A stretch of DNA of 64,000 bases, from contig CM068762.1 of the NCBI GenBank assembly GCA_035084275.1, forward strand, positions 6,820,001 to 6,884,000. The letters run 5' to 3'. The position numbers and the translations under genes are program-made. This DNA is from Hydrolagus colliei (taxonomy: Eukaryota). Position 1 is the stretch's first letter. Each line of letters begins with the position of its first letter. Below the pieces are notes generated by a model. That model had not been told where the DNA came from. It did no database searches and saw nothing but the letters and a program-made list of their open reading frames with translations. Positions 23,501 through 33,646 of this stretch are shown here, in pieces.

Positions 23501-26500
23501 CTTTGCACCTCCAAACTTGTGTCCTCTTTTACTGTCTTACTGTGTGTTAAAATATTGTTCTGGGTTTATTTTTTTCAATCCCATTTAAGGACTTCATACT
23601 GAAGTCATGTAACTCAATGGTTAAAGCACTCGCCTTACAAGCGCGAGACCTGTATTTGAATCCAGGCAGGTCAGAGCGAAACCTTGGGCAAGTTTCCTAA
23701 CTCCACATGCCTAATAATAATTCCTCAAAAAAAAACACATTAATAAAATTGGTCATTTCAATCCACGACTGCTCGTGGGACACTGCTGTGCGCAATTGGC
23801 TGGCGCGTATTGTCCACAAAATGTACAGTTAATTCACTTTATAGTATATCCTGTGAGACGTCTAAAAGACATGAAAAAGCGCTATATCAAATGCAAGGAT
23901 TATTATGATTATATCAAGGTTCTTAGCTGCAACTATCTTTGTACTCCATTTCACTTCAATCACAATGACTGTCAATGTCATTTGGTGGTGGTGTTTTTAT
24001 ATTATAGTGCTGGAGTTGGTCGTTCAGGCAGTTTTATTGCACTCGATTGTTGTATGTATCAGATGGCAACCAAAGCGACCGTGGATGTGTTTGGCCAAGT
24101 TTACAGAATGAGACGGCAGAGAACAATGATGGTTCAGACATTGGTATGTTACACACAGTCTGTCTTACATTAACTGCCGTCGCTGTGTTACACGCTTACT
24201 TTGTATCTGAATTATCCTGAAAGTACATCTGAAAGGAGTATACATTTTATTAATAAGACTGGTGTCTGCCTGCCTGGCTCCAAGACACTACCAACATGTG
24301 GCATTATATAAATACAAGTTGTTGTTGTATTGTCAGAGGTTCCATTCTTCACATGAGATGTTAAACAAGTATCTTATCTGGCTATTCTGTCATTGGTATA
24401 ATCTGAGTAACAAAATGCAAGAATTTCAAATTGAAAGTGATGAAATTGTCCAATATTATTATGTTAAGAAATTGTTTAAAATTGACCAGCATTTCTCATG
24501 TTTTTCAGGATCAATATGTGTTGGTGCATGCCTGCATTCGCCACATCATTTCATCAATCAAAGAAAAACATGTAAAGTAAGCCATACTAATATATATTTT
24601 ACCTATCCTCCTTTGGACGTTCTTACAGCCATTGCGTATTGGTAAGGGATCAGGCACAAAGCCTTCTCAAGGCATAATCCAGATGTGAAATATATGAACT
24701 CACACCAGTTCCACTGCAGTTCTGGGACAGAAGTTGCCAGAAGTGCTGACTTTCTGATGAGACATTTCATCAAAGTCCCGTCTGCCTGTTCGGGTGTCCT
24801 TTGGATGAGATTCCCAGTCATTACCACAGCATTTTGTGCGTAAAATCTCATGACGTGCTTTGAGGTATCTCGATATAACTCACTGTACCAAATGCAAGGA
24901 GTATTATTGAAGGAAACAAGCTAGTGAGATTGTACACAGGGATGAAAAAACGGTGCAGTTGTGCTTGAATGACCTTTTCTGTGAGGTAATGTCACAACTC
25001 CGTGCGCAAGGCAGTGAAATCATTATCTGAACAGTCACGTTGGGACCCGAGCAAAGGGGAGGAGCAGGATAGGCAGGCGGGGAGGGGAGGGAGAGAGTTG
25101 GGAGGGGAATAGAAGTCACAATCCGAGGCGCTCCGAGACATTATTCCTCATGAGGACAGCGCCATATAACTCCAAGTTGTTGTTCTAATTGTTATAATTG
25201 CTTCTCTTTCTTTATAGAAGAAAAAATTGTGTGCGGCTGACTGACTTCCCTGTGCACTGCTCACGTTTGGCTGCAAACTCAAACATGGGTTTCTTAGAAG
25301 ATTTTGAGGTGCGAATTGGAAAAAAAGGTTTCACTGTTTTAGCAATTAAATCACTATATCAAATCCAAGGACCACTATTATTATCATCGGGAACACATTG
25401 AAGCCTATGTATTGCCATTCATAATGAAATGTCAAAGCTCATTTGAAACGTAATTGTCGTTTCTCCTGTTTCGCTCGGTTGCAGCAAAATCCCTGTTCCT
25501 GGTGTTCTTTTTTTTGGGTGAGGAATACACTTTGTAGCTGGAGCTGCGTATGTTCTGAAGATTGCCACGAGGTGGAGCTGCTCAGAGTTGTCAGATTGAC
25601 ACTCCTCGCAATGTGATCCGCAAAGCAACAGCACTGCACTGTGCCTGCATATCTGAAAAGAGATCATGATCTCGCCAGCGCAGTACGATACAATTGACAT
25701 TGAATTGGTGTTGGCGCCTTTCGCAACAGGAGGACGTCTCAAAAAAGTGTGACGATGCTGAATGGGGAGATGAACGCCACATGGAGCGTGACCAAAAGTC
25801 GCCTCTATTATCTAAAAAAATCCTAATTTGTTTAAAGACTTATTAGACATTAGACAAGACTTATTTACATTGTAATGGAATCACACCTTTTTGGTCACCC
25901 TCTACTAATGCATGTTGTACGCACGCATCATCGTCGGCCTTCCCAGCTCCTCCCTTCACAGGCTGCAGATTATTCACAACTCTGCAGCTCATGTCCTCTC
26001 CCGCACTAGGCTCCGCGACCACATCACTCCCACCCTCGCCCGTCTCCACTGGCTCCCCATCCCCCAGAGGATCGAATTCAAGAGCCACGTCCTCACCTTC
26101 AAGGCCATTCACGGCCTTGCCCCTGCCTATCTCTCAGACCTGCTGTCTCCCTATCAGCCCTGCCCGCACCCTCCGCTCAGCAGGCTCTGGCCTGCTCCAC
26201 ATCCACCGCCTTAACCACCCCACCATCGGTGGCCGGGCTTTCAGCCTCTCTGCTCCCACACTGTGGAACTCCATCCCGCAATCCCTTCGCCTCAATTCCT
26301 CTCTTTCCTCCTTCAAGGCCGGTCTCAAGATCTTTCTCTTCCACCGCGCCTTCTGCTCCCCTCCGAACTCTTTCCCCTCTCCTACTCTCCTTCCCCTTCC
26401 CCCTACCCCAACCCTTTCCCCCCTGCTCGGGTCCCGACCTGATTGCTCAGCGCCTTGGGACCTCCCAACGTGAAAGGTGCTCTAGAAATGTAATTTTGTT

Positions 26501-29500
26501 GCTGTTGTTGTTGTTAGTCGTGCAGAGTTGAATGGCCTGAGATTTAAAGTCATGATACATTATAGATGTACTGCATCCCATTATTTTGCTTGCAAGAGTC
26601 AATCTGACATGCCTCCACTGTGAGGCTTGGAGTTTCTTCACAAGTTCCCCTCTTGCCCACCACCTAGTGGGCACTTGTAGATGGTTTTTTTGTGGCCGGC
26701 CTCTCAGTTGAGGGTGTGGAGATGAAAACATAACAGAATAATAGTGGCAACAAACAGAGAGCATATTGCATTTGTGTTTGTTTATAGTTTTGAATGTATC
26801 AAACTCAGTTATAGTATTTCCTATTTTGAAAATACAGGTATACAAATTTCAATGATGCATTTCGGTTTTCATTCTCACTGCAGGTGTCATCCTCAAGTCA
26901 TAAATTTGAATTGGAAGCATTATATTGTAAATTAGTATCCCAAAAGATATGTCAGTAATACTTGTTTGTGGTAGTGTTTCTAATAATACTATACGTTGTT
27001 CTTTCGGCGACTCTGTATACCAAGCAATATAGGAATCCAGTTGTTAGTCGATTGGTGGATCCCTTATCCGGGGGAATAAATAGTTCCTTCAAAAAATAAT
27101 AAATTGGTCACCTCAATCCATGACTGTTTTTGTGACACTGCTGTGTGTTATTGGCTGTCACATTTCGCCAACAAAATATACAATCAATTCACCTTTCAGT
27201 ATATTTTGTGAAGTGCTTTGAGATGTCTCCAATGCGTGATAAGGTGCTATATCAAATGCAAGGATGATTATTATTATTAAATACCGCCCTCCCTCCACCC
27301 CCGGACTATGTTCAAATTCAAACCAGAAAGAAAGTGCATTGTAGAATTTGTCCTTCGCCCTGACATAACGAGAGACTTTAGTGATCATTTGTCAATAAAA
27401 AAAAGATTTGTTTTTGTCTTGAAGAATGCACAACCTACGATCATCACATTAAATCATACTTTTAATAAGATTGTCAACTTGAGCTTTTAAAAAAAAATTT
27501 ACTTGGACGTTATTGTGTGGTAAACGCTGGGTTTGTGAACAAGTTTAATAAATTAAAATCAAAGCAAAATGACACATAATCTTTTCAATATCATCGGCTT
27601 CTTATTACATTATAAAAGATTTATGGATGAATAATTACAAGGGTTTTTTTAAGCTCCTATTTTTAAATTAACATCTGCATTTAACTGATGTTTGTTCTGA
27701 TTCCTTTGTAGTTCCTAGGACAGGCAGGGAGAAACCAGCCAAAAACTGTAGGCCTGCTGCCTGGCAATGCAAATAAGAATCGCTACAAAGATGTTGTGCC
27801 ATGTAAGTTGTGTTTCTGTACTCCTTACTGTCTTTGTCCCAAATTGCTTCCCACAGGCATCGTTCTGCAGTGAGAAGTTAAATCGAGGTCCTGTCTTCCT
27901 GTTCCGGTGAACTCTAAATGTCCCATGGCACTGTTCGAAAAGAGAAGGGAATTCCTCTCTCCCAATGTTTCTCTCTTCCAATCCCTCAAATAAAATTGGC
28001 CACTTGCTTCGTGGCTGTTTGTGGGACCGCGCTTTGCTCAAATTGGCCGCCTCGTTCGCCCACGAAACACAGTCACGACACTTTAGAAAGATAATAATAA
28101 TCCTGTGAAGTGCTTTTGTCCCTAAGTGAAAGTCACTGTACCAATTATAAGGATTATTACTATTATTTTTCCCTGAGTGTTGTATAGATATTTTGAGCAA
28201 AGCTTACGGCTGCAGGCTCGTTAGCAAAATATTCCCTGAGACACACAAGTTGATTGAGGTGACAGATGTCAGCACTCGAAGGTGAGACACATTTTGGTCT
28301 CGGCACCTAGATGTCAGCTTGCCTCAATCTGTAGTGCTCTCTCACCTTGAGAGTAGAACGTGACCCCCAGGTTGACACACTGATAGAACTCAGCCCGTTA
28401 CATGTGCTGGCCTGTAGGCAAAATGTCAAACCGAGGTGAATGTTAAAGAGCCTGCTATTACTATTCAAACAGAAAAGGCAGTTTCCCCCAGTGTACAAAC
28501 TAAAATGGTTACAAATGTTTCTCTTATCTGCTATATATATAATATATATATATAGGTGTAAAGGATTATGTAAGGAATTTAATGTATGTTGATTTTGATT
28601 TACTTTGTGTTTTTGCAGACGATCACTCTAGAGTTAAGTTGCCACCTTCTTTCAATGATCCTTACTCAGATTATATCAATGCCAACTTTATTGCGGTGAG
28701 TTCTCTGCAACTTTTATTGTTATACAGTATCAGGTGTATGATATGAAGTCGATGCCTTTCAAAGGAAAGTTAATTATTTATTCAATTTACATTGCAATTG
28801 AAGTCTCAATGGAATCCGATAACCTCCGGGCTGGGCTGTAAGTGCATTCACTGTGAAGCTACACCTGCCAACACGGCTCCGCCAATGCCTTGAAATCCCA
28901 CTTGTTCAGAAGAAGCCAATGTACTCTCCTTCCGAAGCTTTGGAATTCTCTCCTTCAATGCCTCCATCATGCCCCCTCCTTTCAGGTTACGTTTCTCTTC
29001 GACTTTGCTCATGTTCACCTCCTCCCTCCCCTCGATTCGGTATTATGCTCCCCCATTATTAAGTGCACTAACATACTGCCCCAGTTACAGGGGGCTGAGG
29101 AAACCCAAGTTCTTGTTTTTTCCTGTTGTCTCATGATCACAAGATTGGTTGGCTGAAGAACACCCATTGGCCCATTTCATCTCATCCCTCCACCCACCCT
29201 CCCACTCCCATTCCTGCAACAAGCTACTTTATAAATCCATCCCAGTGCTCTGGCCTCAACCACCTTTCCTGGCAACCTTTTCCAGTTGTTAATTCCCCTT
29301 TAAGAAAATAATTACGCTGTGAGTAAAGATCTGAGCCACCTCAAAATATCCCAGGGGATAGACAGCAGAAAGGGTGCTGCAAATTTTCAAAGACTGACAA
29401 AAGAAAACAAAAAAAAAGAGTACATGATAAGAGAATCTACTCTCATGTTTAGTGTACAGACACTTTCTGGTCTGTAACTGAACCATTCTTTTAATTTATA

Positions 29501-32500
29501 ATGTCCTTCATTGGTAAACACTATAAACTCTCAGTGTCAGTGTCTATAACTGAAGGACACGTTGGGGTTTCAATCTCATAGTCTAGGCTGATGGCTCCAA
29601 TGTAATGCTCGCTGGCTGTTGTTGCATTGTTGGAGTGGTCGTCATTAGGATGAGACCTTATATTCATATAAGGTGTTGCCTGGTATATTGTTAGGCTATA
29701 TTGCTAATACAGTTGAGTTTAGATCCCTGGACATTAACCGCAGGCTGCGCCTTGTTTTGGTCAGGCCACATTTGCAATTCTGGTTACCATGAATTATGCC
29801 TTGAGATAACTTGCGGAAACCGCACAGGCAAGCCTTGCTCTTCATCAATCGCATCTCATCCCCAAATGTAGGGCTACAATTCAGAAAATGAATACATCGC
29901 TGCGCAAGGACCACTGAAACATACCGTGGTGGACTTCTGGACAATGATATGGATGCAGAATGTGTCCATCATTGTCATGTTAACACGGTGTGAGGAGAAT
30001 GGCAAGGTAAGACCATGCAGTGCTGATGGGTGAAGATAATGAAGAGATGCTGGATGTTCCTTATCTTAAACACTGGTTATCTTGCAGGTTTGCTAAAATG
30101 ATGTCCATACAACGTCGACACTGATAGAGAACTTGTTGTACGGTACTGGTGTTCCAGTTACTAGAAGTCTTAGCTCGGAATATAAACACTCCACCTATGA
30201 ATGCGTGATCCTGCCATAGCAGCCTTGATCCTGCCTTGATCCTGCCACAGCGCAGATGGGGAGAGAGAAGGGTGGGAGATGTACTTCATTGTTGGAGGCA
30301 TGGTCCTTCCAATGAAGGAAGGTTAAACCAAGGTTTTGTTCACCTGGTGAACATTAAAGATCATTAAGTGATGCTATTCAAAAAAAAACATCTCCTAGCA
30401 ATAACATCCGCAAAATACATAGGTAGGATATACATGGTAGAAAGCTGGGTATTAAAGACATTTATTCTGTGGCTTCCACTGACACAAATCACCCAAGGCT
30501 TCATCTCTAGCTTGTGGTTTATGTCGCTAATGTGTATTGCGTGATATTGCGTGATATGTAATGTGCAAGCAATTTTCTGTTTTTTTCGCTTTCGCGTTAA
30601 ATAACCATTATCAAAAACATGTGGATTGCAGCAAAAATGTGAGGAGTATTGGCCCTTGAACAGGAACCCTCAGCTGTTTGGTAACATTCTTGTTCAAGTC
30701 GTATCGCAAAACGTGTACGCCGAGTACACAGACAGACAATTTAAAGTTACTCACGTGAGTATTCCTGTTTTATATGCACTCCTTGCTATCCCACATGGAG
30801 GGCGCTGTATAAACACATGTTTTTGTTGTTGTTATACTCCACTCAATGTAAAAGCAAGCACTGTTTTGACGGTAGAATGCTTCAAGTACAATTCCTCAAA
30901 TTATGAGAACAAATGGGCCAAAGAACCTTCTTCAACTGAACGGTCCAATGATGTTCAGCTTTGTTACTATTTTGTTACTACATTTTTAACTTTGTTACTA
31001 GGATGTCACTTTCTTAATACATCTTTAGACTTGATTACTATTTTGTTTCTTTTGTTACTACCATTTTAACTTAGTCACTATTTCGCTGTAAACCTAAACT
31101 TTTCTCCTGATGCGGAACAAAGTGACCAACGTTGATGGCTTAAGTTTTTCGTTACCAGGTGCACCACCGAATGGAGAGGAACATTTCTCACTTACATTTT
31201 GGGGGCTGGCCAGATCACGGTGTGCCTAGCTCCACCGATTCAATCATAAGTTTTGTGACTGATTTCAGACATCATGTCCACTCCATCAAGCCACCAGGGC
31301 CCACAATTGTGCACTGCAGGTAAGGATGCAACCAGTGGAAAATCCTCCAGTAATTGTATTGTATATAATTATTATTACAGTGTTGGGGGAGCACTACATT
31401 ATCGGAGCTGAGGTCCTTTGGATGAGACGTATCCATCCAAGGTCCTTCTGCCTGTGTCTGTTAAAAATCCTATTCAAAACGAACAGAGGGTTTCTCTGGG
31501 TATCCTGACCAACAATCCCCACCCCCATCCCCAGAGAAGATGGGTCATTCACTTCATGTGGACATTGCCTTATGCAAATTAGCTGCAATATACCTATATA
31601 TAAAAAATCTTTGTAGTACTTTACAGTAAAATCCTATTATGTACCATAAGACTTCCTCCCATTGTGAAAAGCACTATATCAAATGCCAGAATTATTGTCA
31701 TTATCAACTCAATAGTTATGAACGTTGGATATATCACTCCACACTGTGATGTACAATATTTGCATCCAGAGCTTTCCACGTCAGTAGAAATACTCAATCT
31801 GCCTATTGTGACCTCAGTTTCAACCTCTCATCTGTCGGAAAGCATTGGTTGTCAGCTTAGAGATCAATGTTCTAATATAGGTTCCCTGAACCTCCTGCCC
31901 CACCATTGGCTGTCGGACATTCAGCATCTCTGCTTCCACACTCTGGACCTCTATCCTATAAACCCTTCGCTTCACCCCCTCTCTTGCCTCGTTTATATCC
32001 AGTCTGAAGACTTTCCTCTTTGACTATGCCTTCAGCCACCCTCCCACCCCCACTGCCACACTCCCAGCTCTCCACCCCTCCTGACCCCCAACTCCCAGTT
32101 GGGGTCCAAAAGCTCCTGACTGTCCAGCGACCTGGGAAATCTTTACGACTTGAAGGACACTCTAGAAGTATAATTTGTTGTTGAACCCGTAACCATTTAA
32201 CATGCTAGTTTAATTACAAGATGCTAACTAAAAGTCTACATCGATTCTCTCAGTTGACAGAATATAACATGTATATCTCTGTTTTGTACTTCAGTGCTGG
32301 AGTAGGTCGAACGGGCACATTCATTGGTCTAGACTGTCTGCTGCAACAGATCAAGAATGAACAAACTATCAACGTGTTTGAAATGGTTCAAAAAATGAGA
32401 CAAAACAGATGTTTTATGGTCCAAACTCTGGTATGCTCCAAACAAAAGTGCACTCATCAATCTATGTCTCAATTTTCGGACAACTAGACATATTGTGCCC

Positions 32501-33220
32501 AGCTAAATCAAAGGACCTTGGTTTCAGCTTGTTTAACGTATTGGATATGATAGCATTCAGAAAAATCTTGTATTTATTCCTCTATCTGATCCAGGCACAT
32601 CATCAATGGAGGAGCTTTCAAGTATTCCAATCTCACCTTCCAGTATTCCAAACCAAAACCCCTTTGCTTCACCCCCCTCCCACTCCATGCTTTAAGATCC
32701 ATCTGTTCAATTGCAATTTGTGTCATCTACCTCCCACCCCTCCACCACCCCCACTCCCCATCCCTCTTCACTTTAGCCCCCAGCCCCCAAAGCATTGCCT
32801 TCCAGCTTGCAAAGCAATGTGCTTTGAGATATCCTCTCGATGCATTAATATAAATCGTTGCTATTGTTCACATACAACAGTTTAGCTGCTGAATAAGAAA
32901 TGTGTGGTTACTCCCAGTTAGTGTGTGGTAAATGAGTGGGTGTGAAGGGTTGGTTACACCTCATGGGTCTGCCAAGTCTTGATCAGACTTCCCAGCTCTT
33001 CTCCATCAGGGTTTAATATGCGGGAATGTTGTGAGGATCGATAGCAGTGATAATTCTGGCAATAATTGTCATTCTGCCTTGTTTTTCAAGCGCAGCCAAA
33101 AGGTGAATTGAAAATGAAACTAACATTCTCATGTTTTTTTTCTACTTCTTTTCTTAGGACCAGTACATATTCCTGCATGTGTGCCTCGGAAATATCCTTA
33201 CAAACCTATTGAACAACTAG
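1..33220 (+). CDS. PTPRV: Receptor-type protein tyrosine phosphatase, R3-like (PTPRV/OST-PTP-like), 5'-incomplete, 41 coding exons visible: at least 23 FN3 + TM + two PTP domains
   Basis: Manual splicing gives one open frame with compatible phases at all 40 introns and a TAG at 33218-33220. The RPTP call is firm. The PTPRV symbol is less certain and rests on the FN3-only visible ectodomain, two PTP domains and the position directly upstream of an LGR6-like gene on the same strand. Confidence 0.8.
13451..13944 (+). mobile_element. 5'-truncated CR1 LINE (ORF2 C-terminus, 3' UTR and tail) inserted in the last array intron
   Basis: ORF 13462-13845 ([30 protein letters not shown]...[16 protein letters not shown]) is typical of the CR1 ORF2 end, followed by an (ATTCTATG)n tail. 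It interrupts the array motif aacaa|ctagtt that is contiguous in the other units. Confidence 0.93.
15150..15721 (+). mobile_element. Degenerate L2 LINE 3' fragment
   Basis: Translates to [23 protein letters not shown]...[12 protein letters not shown]; ends in tail tgaaaggcact...aatgtaattttg(ttg)n. Left boundary approximate. Confidence 0.8.
15744..16049 (+). mobile_element. tRNA-derived SINE, near full length
   Basis: A box tagctcagtgg, B box ggttcaattc, core ctgtttgtgggacactgctg, tail gcgctatatcaaatgcaaggatt(att)n. Confidence 0.85.
17152..17257 (+). CDS. RPTP transmembrane exon
   Basis: tttcacag|...AAA AG|gtaaat, phase 1 to 2. Encodes [35 protein letters not shown]: 21 hydrophobic residues followed by a basic stop-transfer. 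Alternative in-frame acceptor at 17158. Confidence 0.88.
17796..17834 (+). CDS. RPTP 39-nt juxtamembrane mini-exon
   Basis: Pyrimidine tract then taaag|C AAA GAT...CCA AG|gtaagt, phase 2 to 2, encoding [13 protein letters not shown]. The AAG acceptor is weak. Confidence 0.65.
18245..18565 (+). mobile_element. tRNA-derived SINE, near full length
   Basis: Same head, core and tail as 15744-16049, with an internal (AT)n expansion. Confidence 0.85.
18659..24576 (+). CDS. PTP domain 1, 8 exons
   Basis: Exons 18659-18752, 19580-19670, 21031-21107, 21869-22003, 22143-22265, 23121-23281, 24008-24143, 24509-24576. Motifs [64 protein letters not shown]. Confidence 0.94.
19458..19573 (+). mobile_element. 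SINE 3' fragment abutting a splice acceptor
   Basis: gtttcgcccac...tctgtgaagtact...atatcaaatgcaaaga(tta)n followed directly by ttacag and the exon at 19580. Confidence 0.75.
23602..23911 (+). mobile_element. tRNA-derived SINE, near full length
   Basis: Same family head, core and tail. Confidence 0.82.
25218..33220 (+). CDS. PTP domain 2, 8 exons, ending at the stop codon
   Basis: Exons 25218-25308, 27712-27802, 28619-28695, 29872-30006, 30632-30754, 31159-31319, 32295-32430, 33158-33220. Motifs [64 protein letters not shown]; ends NLLNN-TAG. Confidence 0.94.
25925..26514 (+). mobile_element. L2 LINE 3' fragment
   Basis: [14 protein letters not shown]...[21 protein letters not shown]...[14 protein letters not shown], then after a frameshift [19 protein letters not shown]; (ttg)n tail. 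Confidence 0.9.
31885..32182 (+). mobile_element. Degenerate L2 3' fragment
   Basis: Similar to 26200-26514, including the tail tgaaggacactctagaagtataatttgttgttg. Confidence 0.6.
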
Positions 33221-33262
33221 AGCTTTGCTGAATTGCTCTTCCACTTGCCAAAACTCCATCTC

Positions 33263-33350
33263 CGTCAATTTACAGCATATTCTGTGAAGCACTTTGAGAC
33301 GTCTAGAAGACGTGAATAGCGCTATATCAAATGCAAGGATTATTATTATT
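33263..33350 (+). mobile_element. SINE 3' fragment in the putative RPTP 3' UTR
   Basis: tattctgtgaagcactttgagacgtctagaagacgtg...atcaaatgcaaggatt(att)n about 40 nt after the stop codon. Confidence 0.8.
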
Positions 33351-33548
33351 ACCTACGTTTTCTGCACTGTAGATTTCTATGATTCCAATACAATCTTATT
33401 TCTGCTCGTGTAATTCTACTGGGGCCAGGTGATAAATAAGCAAAGCTTTGCATTTTGTAATGTACATTTCTAATATTTGCACACAACCAAGGGAATGTGA
33501 AATATGCAAGTTTTGTAAAGATAAAGAATGACTAATTGTATTATTGTA

Positions 33549-33646
33549 AATAAATTCAAACAAAGCACGAGATCTTTATCAGACGTTTATCGGGAGAAAA
33601 GAATGTAGAATGTATTCTGCCATATATTTAACGATCAATCAATAAA
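33549..33646 (+). terminator. Candidate polyadenylation signals of the RPTP gene
   Basis: AATAAA at 33549-33554 and 33641-33646, about 330 and 420 nt after the stop; the second is followed by a GT/T-rich stretch. Confidence 0.5.

Noticed and set aside
30960-31082. Degenerate TTGTTACTA repeats upstream of the D2 WPD exon
   Set aside because: Low-complexity intronic repeat with irregular spacing.
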